DNA of 64,000 bases from sequence record MN871445.1, one strand, 5' to 3'. The translations under genes were made by a program, and so were the position numbers. The first letter of the stretch is position 1; the number at the start of each line of letters is the position of its first letter. Below are positions 20,952 through 32,774 of this stretch, piece after piece. The notes below the pieces were generated by a model. It worked only from the letters and a program-made list of their open reading frames with translations. It had not been told where the DNA came from and made no database searches.

Positions 20952-23900
20952 ATGTCTCTTATTTCTTATGTTGTTGATTTTTTCACTCCAGCGTCGGTTA
21001 AGAAAAGACGTGCAGATGCCGAATTACGTCACGATATATATTCCATTCTGGAAGCAATTCGATTTTTACTCGGCATCAGTATTGGTTCAGCTAAACGCGA
21101 TAAACATCCGGTTTACGGTCGGTGGGATGAATTCCATGGTCAGGTTGGCTCGTGCGGACTATTGACTGAAGTTGCCCCGGGGGTCATCCTAGTTACCCAT
21201 GCGGCAGGTTCCACCCTACCTAAAGAGTTATTGGTGGACAAGTTGCAACAATATGCTCTTACCTCTGGATTCGATGGTTATACTTTTCAATTATCCATGC
21301 AGCGTGGCATGCACCGGCTGGAGGGGGTTCCCGGAGAAGAAGCCTCTGGCACCGTCGGGTACCTAATAGATGAAAGTAAATTCAAAGCATTTATTAAACG
21401 AACCCCCAACAAAGGTTTGCGAGTATCGGCATTGCGCGCCCACCTAACGGACCTATTGACTATCGCCAGCAGGCACAATTATCAACTACCGTTTGGTGGC
21501 TGGTCGCCAGTGATCGTTAATACCGGCGACGGTGTGGTATCGGTGACCTTTTTTTACTCGGGGTCTTTACCCTACTGCGATGCTGCAGCCACCATTAAAA
21601 TACTGGGTAAATCTTTGGTTGGGGCATTTCCCAAATACGATGTTATGCCCGGTAGTATGGTCGATAGGACCCTTACATTCAAACTGCACCAAACACAAAC
21701 AACCGATTGAAAATAATTATGCGGCTATATTACTGTAATGATAACCAGTAATGAGGTATAGCCCCATGAGTAACCAAAATTATTTTCCGTGGATGCAATC
21801 TAAAGTCGCTAAATTATATCCCGATCTTACCGCAAAACAAGTAAGGCATATTTGCAATATTATCACCAACTACCTCAGATCTTTTAAAAATGATATCTGG
21901 GGGGTTGAGGTAGCAAATATGCCGTTTAATCGAAATGACCCCGGTTATTTTTCTTATCATAAGGTATCGGTGTGTGGGGTTACTGTGTTTATAAGAATAA
22001 CGGTGGATTAGCGATGGATTCCAAACAGCAATTACGCGCGGAATATTTCTTTATGGGTTTGGTAAAGGAATATCGTAGAACATTCAAACCGTGTAGTGAC
22101 CCCTCATGGAGACAGGTTTCTGTATGGCAATATGCTCCTCACCTGAAACCTAGTCGGGCGTGGGAGCGTAGTCTGGCAGAAATGAACGGCGTGTGCTGGA
22201 ATGACCCATGGCATACTGGGATTTGTTTGCCGATAGCCTTGTTTGCCAAGGCTTGGTTTAAAGATGTTTTGGGATTGTCTGCCGAACTCTGCGCAATTAA
22301 AACCAGAATGGATTTATGTGGGATTATATTACCCAACATGCCTTGGTCATTTTTACATGCGGTGATTAAATGTAATGGGCGGTTTTATGACACTTTCATC
22401 CCCCGGGGAACAACGTCATTTAAAAAAGTCTATGGTGGAGATGTAGCCCATCAAGGTATGTCGTCTAAAATAGTACCGCACAGCCATACTGAGTTTAATG
22501 TAGGCCAGATGAAAGCCATATTCCAAGATTTTATTTTACCGATGAAACAGAAGATGTATCCAGAAGGTATTGCGGATACTGAGTTTCAATCGATATTTAA
22601 GGAACTGCTATGATCGAATGGTTCTTTTTAAAAACGTATATTTCTGAGGCGTACCAGGCAATCAGAAAGTGGTTTCGCAAAGATACTAAAGTAAAGAATA
22701 TCTTTGCCCACAGTGCAAATGGCGAGTTATGTCGCCATTGTCATCAACCGATGTACACTAAGCAGGGTATTATAAAAACCCCAGCCTCTGGAAAAATCCA
22801 TCAGGCCTGTTACTCTGGTTTTCTTGAGGGCTATGTCGATGAGATAATAGCTAAACGTAAAGAAAAGGAAAAGACAAATGCCGATTAAACTATCTGGGTG
22901 TAATTTTACTGGGAATGACACCAATTCAGTCAATATGACGCTGCCCGCGGGAACCAAGATCAAGTGCGATTCTTGTGGCAAAACAACCACGGTTGAAAAA
23001 GGAGGAACTACAGACGTCAGATGTACTGAGTGCCAATCCACCAATGTTACCGTCACCACTCCATGAGGTATTTATGCCAAATCTTAAATTAGCGGGATGT
23101 CGGGTTAGTCTCTATGACTACGACCATACCGGGCACCCACAAAAATACATGAAATCACTGGGTATCGATGTCGGGCTTGCCGTACCTCAAAGCCTGCACG
23201 ATTCATGGTGGTTTTTCATGTGCAGCAATGTACCCGATCCACTGCCGGAATACATCACCGAAATGAAACCATTCAACCCATTGGATTATGTTGGGTATGG
23301 GTTGTCTCAAGAAGATGCCGAAAAGATAACCAGTTGGATGGTTGAAAACCAAATCGAAGTGCCGCCAAGAAAAGCGTAATTACCCATCGCAGTGTAATAA
23401 CCCATAAGCCACTCCATTATCGGTTTGTTGGCTTCTACCTATAGAGGAAAAGAATCATGTTGAATTTAAACGATGTACTGCCAGATACCCCAGTCCGTTC
23501 TGATTACGACAAATATAAAAACGGCAAAGATTTGCATTTATCCGGTTTCCCGTCCCCGCTGGACCGGACTATTAATGATCCACTTTACTTCATTTCAGCG
23601 GATATCGCTTTACGCTATTTCAAAGCCATCGCCACTCGGTTTGACTACGACCCGGTACACACTGCCGAACACGTCACCAAAAGCCTGCAGGTTGAGTTTC
23701 TGAAGTACGCCCGCCGGGTGGGTTGGTGGACTGCCCATGTGTGCGGTGGCATGATTGTGTTGGAAGCCCGGATTGAACATAACGGGAAGCGGATAGCCGT
23801 GTATCCAGAAACCCTACGCCAGACCAAAGTGTATCGCGGGTTAACTGTAAGTTTGACTGGTTCTGGTAGCTCTTCGTTGCATGGGCTCATTACTGCGGGC

Positions 23901-25504
23901 GATTTCCATAAACATATTTACCCAGAAGGTTCCTTTATTTTGGGCATCAATAATACAGCCTGTAATGGCGAAGTACTCGGTAACCGAGACGGGTTGTGGA
24001 CCAACGGCCGCGATTGTGTGGAGTTCGATTTGGCCGCAGGTAATTTTGGCTGGAATGTTTCCGCCGACCAGGTAGAACTGACCTTTGATCTGTTGGTTGA
24101 TTGTCCGGTGGAGTAAAAAAACATGACGACATTATCGGTGATAGTTGGTCGGTTTGGTATCCCAAACCGCAATGGCGATATTTTCCAGATTGATGAAGAA
24201 GTGCTTCGGTCTCGGATGGATAAAATGGTGGGTACCTGTGTGGGGGAGGTTGGCCAGAAAAATATCTGTTGGGAGGCATCGCAATTCGAGGACTTTGCTG
24301 AAAGACGCCACAGAATGGAAACCGTGGATACTTCGAAAAGCGCCGGAGTTTTGATGGGTTACCAAGTCTACCATGACTTGGATGACAATCTTATTGTTAT
24401 TGGTGAGATTTCACCATCATCACAATTATTGGGTCTTTTGGAGTGCGACCCATCGCCAACTTTCGGCATCCGAAGCGTAACCCGTTCATTAGATTCGGAG
24501 CAAAAGGCCCGTGAGATTCTGAAATTAATCTCGTTTGATTATTTACCGCCCACTGAGAGATAAAACGAATATGGACTTAGATGGCGTTGAAATTGAAGAT
24601 GTGTTTAATCGGGAGGAGGGTGTCGAGGAGATTCCGGCAGAAATAGACATGTCCGAACTAACCCGACTGGGTATCCCGATAGGATACTGGGGTCTTCGTA
24701 CATTAATCCCCCACCCACCAGAAAAAAGTTTCCCGTATATTCGCTTCTTTAAGGAAGGCAAACATTCTACGGGTAAACGTTCCAAAACCAAATCCAAGCG
24801 GAGAAAATAAATGCAGTACTATCAAGTGCGTCCTCGATTACCTACGTAATCGGAGATATCGACATGTCAAGAACGAAACGCGGTTCCAAACCGGCAGGGT
24901 ACGACTACTTTGGCCCCAGACCATATTCTCAGGGCGCCATAGGAAAAGAAACAAAAGTCATTACCCATCGGATAGAGCGCCGTCGTTCTAAAAACCTGGT
25001 ACGAAAAGAATTATCAGAATTGTAAGTTCGGGAGGGGGATAACCCCCTCCCTTTTATGCCGATCTTTTGGGAGAAACCCGTATGGCCAGAATCACTACAA
25101 CCAAAAAACCACGCGCCCGGGACTTAATGGAAGTTGCCATTTTATTGGTTACCTTACTCGTCGCCGTGCATTACGATTATGAATTACTTACGTTCATATC
25201 CTCAGTATACACCATCGCCGCCTGTTTGGGCATGTTGCTAGGATGCGCCATTACCACAATCAAAGTAGTAATGGCTCCACCCGAAAGGACTCCCTTATTT
25301 AACGAATTGTTGTACAGATGCCGCCCCAATGACGGATGGCAGGCAATACACGCAGGTATCTGGTGTTTGTGTAGTATAATTTTTATTCATAGCCATCATC
25401 CTACGATTGCCATGTTTGCAATATTCCACGGCATTTTCTTTATGGGATGGTGGTGGTGGATTGTAAGTTATTCCGATAATAGATTGCGGAATGAAATTAA
25501 ATGA
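20952..25504 (+). CDS. Run of hypothetical proteins (20952..21710, 21751..22011, ~22014..22613, 22610..22888, ~23073..23379, 23457..24116, ~24571..24810, ~25082..25504 membrane)
   Basis: Consecutive ORFs with SD sites. Confidence 0.6.
21726..21733 (+). promoter_or_regulatory. Early promoter box TATATTAC
   Basis: Exact motif, intergenic, preceded by GAAAATAATT. Confidence 0.7.
22878..23066 (+). CDS. Small zinc-ribbon protein
   Basis: CDSC...CTEC. Confidence 0.65.
   Translation: MPIKLSGCNFTGNDTNSVNMTLPAGTKIKCDSCGKTTTVEKGGTTDVRCTECQSTNVTVTTP
24123..24563 (+). CDS. Degenerate prohead-protease-like protein (T4 gp21/phiKZ gp175 fold), probably inactive
   Basis: PNRNGDIF, VGEVG, IGEISP, TFGIRS and LISFDY match the family pattern; no His at the usual catalytic position (TSKSAG). 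Confidence 0.5.
   Translation: MTTLSVIVGRFGIPNRNGDIFQIDEEVLRSRMDKMVGTCVGEVGQKNICWEASQFEDFAERRHRMETVDTSKSAGVLMGYQVYHDLDDNLIVIGEISPSSQLLGLLECDPSPTFGIRSVTRSLDSEQKAREILKLISFDYLPPTER
24864..25025 (+). CDS. Small basic protein, 53 aa (below ORF-track cutoff)
   Basis: Manual translation MSRTKRGSKPAGYDYFGPRPYSQGAIGKETKVITHRIERRRSKNLVRKELSEL; GGAG SD; terminator follows. Confidence 0.75.
   Translation: MSRTKRGSKPAGYDYFGPRPYSQGAIGKETKVITHRIERRRSKNLVRKELSEL
25030..25061 (+). terminator. Hairpin with TTTTATGCCG tail
   Basis: GGGAGGGGG-ATAA-CCCCCTCCC then TTTTATGCCG. Confidence 0.85.
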
Positions 25505-25540
25505 GCATTCTGATATTGAATCAGAATTTGTGAGGTATTT

Positions 25541-26911
25541 TTGATGAACAAAAATAAACATGAATTGATGGCTGAAGTGCAGAAATTCCTCGACAATAAA
25601 GGATATGAATATCGCATGCCTTTTGCCCTCAAACGGGCCATCGAAGATACTTTGGCTGACGCGAGGACGTGTAAGGACGATGATGATGTTAAGTGGGTCG
25701 AAAACACTTTGGATATTATCGTTGAAGGCATTACTCACTTCAAAGAAGAAGTTCTGAAGCAAGCTAGATATTCTGCACAATGCCCGCACGCCGAATATCT
25801 GCCGGCCACATACACTCATCAGCGTAGGGTGATGGGCTACATGTTCGTATATCAACATAAATGCGCTGCGTGCGGATATGTTGAAACAGTACAAGTGCGG
25901 GACGACAAAGATAAACCAGATTGGGCCGCCGATGCACGTCAAGAGTACTACAACAATTCTATTTAGGGGGGTAAAAATGAACGTTATCAAAATCGGTGAC
26001 GAGTTAGCTAAAAACCTGAGTCTTTTAAAGGTAACCCTGGCCAGCTGTAACCGGCTAAACTATTATGGTACCGCATTGGTTGATTTGGAACGTTCCCGCG
26101 ATGAAGTCCTTGCGGTGACTAAAAACATCACCCACATTTTCAACACAATAGCTCTGGGGCAAGATACCTGGACTAAAGCAGAGCTTGTCGATTTATTTAA
26201 TCGAGAGATGTCGACCAATATGGTGCGCCAATACAACATCTGGGTGAATATAGATGGCAATCATAATTGGGCACTATACGGCACCGGTGAAGGCACTTCT
26301 TTTGAAGAAGCGTGCGAGTCCTTCTTTAAAAATCACGTAGTGGCGTTTGATAGAACCACCATGACTGTGGAAGGTCGTGCGGTTAAATCACATCCGGATG
26401 AGTAATTGATGGGGGTAAGATGATCATTGCTTATTTGAAAGGAAAATATTTCGTCAGTATTTTTGGTAAAGTGTATACCAATGAAATAGGTGTGATGAAA
26501 GTCCCCCTAAACCCAAATGCGTTTTCATTCCAGACCCATAAAGGGGTAATCGGAATATCTGCCTTTGGTTATCATCGAATGGTTCAATTACGAAGTTTAT
26601 TGCCGGGGTATGGTGGCAAATCCGTCTTCGCGACGGAGCCCACCGGTGGGTCATTTGAGGTCAACTATCTGGGCAATATATATCTGGTTCAGAAAACTAA
26701 GCAATATATTGTCCACGGTAAACGATTAAACTATCTTCAGGACCAATATACTGTTTTATCCATCAATGGGGTGTCGGAACAACCTTTCACCAACACGTGC
26801 TTCGCACAAAAATCAGATATATTGACCATCAAACATTATCTCCAAATGAGAAAGTTGTTTAAGCCTGGTTTTATCGAGGTATCGACAATAACCGTAATGT
26901 ATTTGTTTTAA
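25541..26911 (+). CDS. Three hypothetical proteins (25541..25966 Cys/His-rich, ~25977..26405, 26420..26911)
   Basis: Coupled ORFs with SD sites. Confidence 0.65.
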
Positions 26912-26923
26912 GGTTGAGTAAAT

Positions 26924-27277
26924 ATGAACGTATATATCGATGACTTGCGTGACCCCGTGAAATACCTTTCACCAGAGTTGGCAAAGGACATTATCTGGGT
27001 AAAGAAATGGTGGGACGCTAAGGCATTCCTGCACGACAATCAAGATAAAATCGAAGTGATCCATTTCGATCATTACATGGACGTGCGAGACCACACTGGC
27101 GGGGATCTACTGGAAATGGTTTATTTCTATAAGACCCGTGTTGATGAATTCCCGTTGTTGAAAACGGTGTATTTACATTCCAGCGACAGTACCGTGGTGG
27201 AGCGTTTGATTACCCGGTTCAAAGATAAGTTCGCCAAACATGGCGTTGAGATGGTTAATAACTCCCAGCGGTTTTAG
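26924..27277 (+). CDS. Cyclic-phosphate-processing receiver-like domain protein
   Basis: VYIDDLR.P...WVK...IHFDHYM...TGGDLL...VYLHSS pattern. Confidence 0.7.
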   Translation: MNVYIDDLRDPVKYLSPELAKDIIWVKKWWDAKAFLHDNQDKIEVIHFDHYMDVRDHTGGDLLEMVYFYKTRVDEFPLLKTVYLHSSDSTVVERLITRFKDKFAKHGVEMVNNSQRF

Positions 27278-27317
27278 TTAGTTGAATGCATTAAGATTCC
27301 AAACGAGGGAATCAATC

Positions 27318-27689
27318 ATGGCAGAAGAAAACAAAATAGTACTTAAAGGGTGTAGTTTACGTTTACCGTATGGTATCAAAACCGGAGAAGTATCCGATGG
27401 GTACCATACCTTCGATGAGCTTTATGCACACCGAATACGGTTGTTTTCCACCCTCATGCATGCCTACCCACATTTATCCTGGTGGAGCAGAAAACAGTCT
27501 GATGGGCAGGAATTCAAGGGTTGGGTATTGGCGGGGATTAAAACACCTACCGGTGAGGTTACCTACTGCCTGCCAGAATCCGAGGTGATGTATTTACCGG
27601 AAGGGACGGAGCTGGAAGTCGGTAAAGAATGGGACGGACATGTTGGGGATGATGTCCTCAAACGACTGTTATCTCTGCGCATGGAATAA
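27318..27689 (+). CDS. WDGH-domain protein
   Basis: SDGYHTFDELYAHR...EVTY...EWDGH...DVLKRL. Confidence 0.75.
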   Translation: MAEENKIVLKGCSLRLPYGIKTGEVSDGYHTFDELYAHRIRLFSTLMHAYPHLSWWSRKQSDGQEFKGWVLAGIKTPTGEVTYCLPESEVMYLPEGTELEVGKEWDGHVGDDVLKRLLSLRME

Positions 27690-27699
27690 CGATATATCT

Positions 27700-27728
27700 G
27701 GGAGGGCGAAAGCCCTCCCTTTATGCCA
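27700..27728 (+). terminator. Hairpin with TTTATGCC tail
   Basis: GGGAGGGC-GAAA-GCCCTCCC then TTTATGCC. Confidence 0.85.
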
Positions 27729-27783
27729 TCTCTTTTTTATTTGTCGTCACAACAATATAGGGTATTACTACAGGAATATAATT

Positions 27784-28035
27784 GTGGCCACATTCGTTAA
27801 ACTCAAACCTGGAATATATTTGGTGGATAACAACAGTTCATTTAATTTAGCTGTCCGTGATTTTACCTACCCAGCAAAAGAATGTAAAATAAAACCCAGC
27901 GCCAGGCCGGGTACATTTCCTTCAATGGTAATCCTCAGTATTGGATATAATCTCGGGGATTATTATCTCGATGTAAAATTCATGAAGGTTGATGCATTAG
28001 CCGAAATACTAAGACAATATCAGCATGCTAAATAG
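27784..28035 (+). CDS. Small hypothetical protein (PG.Y.V family)
   Basis: GTG start with CAGGA SD; similar to the C-terminal part of 11665..12030 and the N-terminus of 49247. Confidence 0.55.
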   Translation: MATFVKLKPGIYLVDNNSSFNLAVRDFTYPAKECKIKPSARPGTFPSMVILSIGYNLGDYYLDVKFMKVDALAEILRQYQHAK

Positions 28036-28044
28036 TTATACCTT

Positions 28045-28058
28045 TATATTACTTTGGT
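28045..28058 (+). promoter_or_regulatory. Early promoter box TATATTAC(TTTGGTG)
   Basis: Exact motif 30 nt upstream of the NADAR start. Confidence 0.72.
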
Positions 28059-28081
28059 GACTCTGGCTGGGAATAAATATC

Positions 28082-28591
28082 ATGTTAATTACAGATGCCC
28101 ACGTATTTTTCTTTTCCTACAAGGACCAATATAGTAACCATTATCGGTCCCCATTTTCCGTACCTACTGAACCAGGGATAGTATTCCATACCGTCGAACA
28201 TTACATGATGTTCATTAAGGCTACAATGTTTTGTGCGCCAGATATAGCCGAAAAAATCATAAATGCGTCATCACCGATGGATGCTAAAAAATTAGGGCGG
28301 CAGGTTAAAAACTATGATGATTCAGTGTGGTCTCTGTGCCGAGAAAAAGTGGTCACAAAAGGGCTCTTTTATAAGATGCGCTGCCATCCTGATATTCGAA
28401 TAGCCGCCCTCAAGTTTAGGGTGGAAGGGAAACGGTTCGTCGAGGCAAGTCCATATGACCGTATATGGGGTGTGGGCTTAGCTGAGACAGACCCGCTCAT
28501 TGTAGACCCAGCTAACTGGAAAGGTCAAAACCTGCTGGGTAAATGTTGGGAGAAAGCAATTGATTTGACTTTACTGGGGGAATTACCATGA
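28082..28591 (+). CDS. NADAR (YbiA/T4 gp30.3-like) family protein
   Basis: TVEHYMMFIKA, AKKLGRQVKNYD, FVEASPYDRIWGVG, NWKGQNLLG. Confidence 0.93.
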   Translation: MLITDAHVFFFSYKDQYSNHYRSPFSVPTEPGIVFHTVEHYMMFIKATMFCAPDIAEKIINASSPMDAKKLGRQVKNYDDSVWSLCREKVVTKGLFYKMRCHPDIRIAALKFRVEGKRFVEASPYDRIWGVGLAETDPLIVDPANWKGQNLLGKCWEKAIDLTLLGELP

Positions 28592-30802
28592 TTACATTTT
28601 TATGTATGTTTTTAGATCGGCATTATGACTTGAATGCCTGGTGGTTGTTTTATATTCCACCAGTGTTGTGGGATGCGATTATTTTTATGGTGTTGGGGAT
28701 AAAAGCACTAAATGGCGGAGGTGCTGTGGGGTTAGAAAAAAGTTGGTATTGGGCACGGGATGAAAAGCGGCAGGTAACCCGCGTGCGAGTAGTGCAGACG
28801 AAAGTCGCCTGGTGGAAAGCATGTCGGCGTTTTACCCTCAATTATTGGATTGATGGTTCCGAATGCAATGTCGGGTTATTTATCTGCATTCCATTTCTAT
28901 TTTCTCTATGTGTGACACTGCATTGTGAAACAGATTGGTTTAAACGCAAATTCCCAAAAACCTATGCGGCCGATGCGATTACGGATTGGCAAATATCCAT
29001 ATCAGCAGAGTACATTTGTCTGCGCTGGGCTGATATGGATACCATGGATTCTTCCACCCGAACAGGATTTCATTGGGTCAAATCCTGGGATGATATTTTC
29101 AAAGGCGACGCGACATCCAATGTTCGAGATAAACCCTACGCCGTCCACGAAGAGAGTCGGTTCATTAAGATCGGGTATCCGAATAAAGGCGAAAAACCAC
29201 AACTCATCACCTTTACCGTCTATAAGCAAAATATCCATCGATATTATCGGCGGTGGTTCCCGCAGACGTCGGTGCGGTACCATGTTGCTACAGACATTCA
29301 ACTTCGGGTGCCTGGGGATGGTGAAAATGAATGGGATTTAGATGATGAGCTTATTGGTGGGCCTTTTCATGAAGCTTCGGAATCTGCAGACCTTGTCGTT
29401 TGCGCCGCTACCCCAAAAGCCGCAGTTGACCAAGTGATTGCCGATTACTATCGGCGAGTAGGTTATCATGGTTAACATACCGCCCCTGGATGGGGCGTTT
29501 TATGTCACCCCAGAAGGGTGCAACATCAACGGTCAGTTTAAACCCGATAACGAAACTATCCCCATTTCCTTTATTACGGAGAACAAAAAAAACATGATGA
29601 CTGAACAACAACTCACCAGCATTCAAGCTGAAGCAATCGTGCCCGTGGTGGTACTTAAATTACGTTACATTGAACTTCCACCAGAAGAAGGCGAGAACGT
29701 ATGGTCGGTTGTTGCTAAAACCGAACGCTGCACCGATGAACTGTTAAAGCGGGTTATGCCCAAAATTGGGTTTCGACCAACCGATGCAGACGCCAGGGAT
29801 TATCTTACCCTCACCGCAGATGCCTTCGAAGGTGGAATCTGCACATTAATGCCGGGTGACTTTGTGGTCATCCATTCCAATGGCAGTTATAATTTCATTA
29901 TGGGTAAAGGCCTGACCGCCAGCATCCAGTTGGACCGTTTAACCTTAACCGTCAATTAACGTGAGGTGAGTATGTTACAATATCGCGGTGGTATTTTCCT
30001 AATCTCGGCAGACCCGGCCCGCAGTCAATTCATCGGATACCGGCCTCGTACAGGTTGTATCGATAAGATACTCAATCCGGTTGATGTGGCCGAGTGGTTT
30101 GATAAGCTACTTCAACAGTACGGCAATGAAAAAGTTGGTGGCCGGGCAATGTTCGAATGCAGTTATACCCCAGTCCCCGATCTGGATATGGTCGGCTACA
30201 TCGCCATGGTTGTTATTGACCTACCCAATGAACGACTGCAGGTTTATCTGGCGGAAGGAGCCAAACTCCCAAAAACCAAAAATGCCGAGTACGCTGCCTG
30301 CTTGGCGATTCAGGAATGCGGTATCCTGCAAAATGGATTAACCGGTGGGGTGGATGCATTGATTGCGTTGACCTTGGAACAGCCTTTGATGCGCCCGTAT
30401 AGCGCGCCCACAAATACGTCCCGCAAAAATAAGGTTGCTTTTATTGCCGCCACATTGGGGATGTTGGGCTATGCCGGTTATCCGTTTGCCAAAGCTGCCG
30501 TTGCCGAACAACCGCGCAAACATTCCTCTAATCAGCGTCGTTGGCGGCGCAATAATTCTAAACGTACAGGGTGAATCCACATGAAATATATTTGGTTGTT
30601 GCTAGTCACGGTTACGTGTAATGTCTTCGCACGCCCAGATTACCCGGATGTGAATCGTTTTGTGCAGTACAATGTTCCAAATACTGCTGCCTACATCATC
30701 GTGGATACAAAGACCGGGTGTGAATACATTAGCAATAGTGGTGAGGGCGCCACCTGGTCTCTACTACAGGGTACCTGCAAAATACCCGAGGAGAAAAAAT
30801 AA
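28588..30802 (+). CDS. Four hypothetical proteins (28588..29475 membrane-anchored, 29468..29959, 29966..30574, 30581..30802 with signal peptide)
   Basis: Coupled ORFs. Confidence 0.65.
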
Positions 30803-30803
30803 A

Positions 30804-31100
30804 ATGGGTAAGACAACATACGAGATAGTCAAGTGGGGTGATGAACGTGGCTATGGCTGTGTAGTTAAACAAATTACCAAAGGGTGGTTTAAAACAACTA
30901 CTAAAACGTGGACTTTGATTCCCAGTTATGGCGGTCAGCATCTGTATAGTCGCTGGACCTGTCTTGAAACCGGGGAAAGTATTCTCGTGGGTGAATTGTT
31001 TAAAGTGGAATTGGTGTATATAGCCAGATACTCATTAAGAAAAAATCCAACGATAGCGTTACCGTATCCAACAAGAGATGCGGACGCGTGTTCGTTGTGA
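30804..31100 (+). CDS. Hypothetical protein, family D copy 1
   Basis: Y.(I/V)...GD..G.G.(V/I).....G(W/F)..T....W...W.C.ETG shared by three ORFs. Confidence 0.75.
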   Translation: MGKTTYEIVKWGDERGYGCVVKQITKGWFKTTTKTWTLIPSYGGQHLYSRWTCLETGESILVGELFKVELVYIARYSLRKNPTIALPYPTRDADACSL

Positions 31101-31135
31101 TTTGTCGAAATATTTATCTTAAGTGAGGGGGGATA

Positions 31136-31432
31136 ATGATTAAAAAATATAAGGTACTTAAATATGGCGATGCCCGTGGGGTTGGGGCAATTGTCGAAGA
31201 AACCGTCGGGTTTTTATGGCGTACCCAGATACGTACCTGGACCTGTGTATCCGCCCCCGGGTTTGAAGATGATTCAGATTTTGACCAGTGGGTGTGCAGA
31301 GAAACTGGACAGAGCATCGAGGCCGACCCTCTATATGGCGAAGCCATTCCAGCATTCTATCGCGCAAACTACAATACCTACACTAAGGAAGAACGCACAT
31401 GTGCGACAACGTCCATGCCGTCCGCAGATTGA
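31136..31432 (+). CDS. Hypothetical protein, family D copy 2
   Basis: Paralog of 30804..31100. Confidence 0.75.
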   Translation: MIKKYKVLKYGDARGVGAIVEETVGFLWRTQIRTWTCVSAPGFEDDSDFDQWVCRETGQSIEADPLYGEAIPAFYRANYNTYTKEERTCATTSMPSAD

Positions 31433-31771
31433 AACACATCAGCGCCAGAGATTGGATAAAAAGAAAATCAGAGGGGCTATTGCTCTGCGATATTACTGAC
31501 CCCGTTGCGGGGTATCCAGTACACAACGATCATTCCATCATTAACGACGTGACTACCAGCTATAATTCATCAAGTGATAAAATGTCGTATAGTTTCGGTA
31601 ACCATCACATGTCTCCAGGAGACCTGATTGTCTTTTACGCTGATGGGCAAGTTGCATTTATCAGTGCGTCAGCAGAAACATTACACCTCCCATATTTTAA
31701 ATTGGTGTAAATTAAACGCACCATAGGTACAATACGTCTTGATGAGACGCAAATCTTTACCTGTAGGGGGA

Positions 31772-32029
31772 ATGATGGCCAAAATAACATATCGAGTTAT
31801 CCGCAATGGAGATCTATATGGACGTGGTGCGGTAATCGAAGAAAAAAGAAAAGGATGGTTTAGAACCCAAATCAAACGGTGGGAAAGAATACCCAGCGCG
31901 GAACTTACCGAATTCCCCGGGCTCGATCAATGGTTCTGTTTAGAAACGGGCGAACATGCCCTCATCAATTCAATTCGCATGTCTGATATGACTAATTTCT
32001 ATCGAGACCACCCCAAGGAAAAATCATGA
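31772..32029 (+). CDS. Hypothetical protein, family D copy 3
   Basis: Paralog of 30804..31100; ATGA-coupled to 32026..32514. Confidence 0.75.
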   Translation: MMAKITYRVIRNGDLYGRGAVIEEKRKGWFRTQIKRWERIPSAELTEFPGLDQWFCLETGEHALINSIRMSDMTNFYRDHPKEKS

Positions 32030-32506
32030 TTGATATTACAAAATCCAAAATGGCTCTCCACATTACCAACTCGGCCGATATCCCGGTAGTCGGCCGAATG
32101 CAATACGGTAACGTGATTACCGATGACGGCCCTGAGAAAGGGGTTGCTATTCGTACTTCTCCCGTTACGCGACTGGAAGAAGTGGATGGGCGAACGTTTG
32201 TAAAAACCCTCAGTGATTCCGTATACGAAGTAGTAAACGATATCACTCCAGAAACTGATGGTAAAATCTATACGCCACGTCAGATCGCCGCAGATACCTT
32301 CGATATTTGCAAGCAGTGGGCTGGCAAACCGGACATCCCGCGGATGGATGCTGTCACTGGGGCGGTACAGGACGTATTGCTGCACATGGGGTTCTCTGAA
32401 GATAATTCACGTAACCGTCTGGTGGGGCATTCCGTGGATGTGGAAGTGAATGACATTTTATTGTCATTCCATGATCTGAAAAAAGAAGCAGCGGATGGGA
32501 TCGCGG

Positions 32507-32773
32507 ATGATTAAAATCACTTCTTATGTTGCCGGTATGGCCATAGTCGCAGCGCTTGTTTTCATCAATGCGCCGACGGATAGTCAACTGGCAAAGGTCC
32601 TTGAAGACCAAAATTATGCCAATATCGTTATCCACGGATATTCGTATTTTGGTTGCGGCCAAGATGTATATTCGTATTCATTTACCGCAACGCGGCTGGA
32701 TAATGGGCGTACCGTAAATGGGTATCTCTGCAGTGGTATCATGAAGGGATACACTACTCGTCTGGAGGAATAA
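32507..32773 (+). CDS. Membrane-anchored periplasmic protein with two Cys
   Basis: N-terminal hydrophobic helix; GYSYFGC...F.AT...G..V.G.LCSG..KG.T.R. Confidence 0.7.
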   Translation: MIKITSYVAGMAIVAALVFINAPTDSQLAKVLEDQNYANIVIHGYSYFGCGQDVYSYSFTATRLDNGRTVNGYLCSGIMKGYTTRLEE

Positions 32774-32774
32774 A

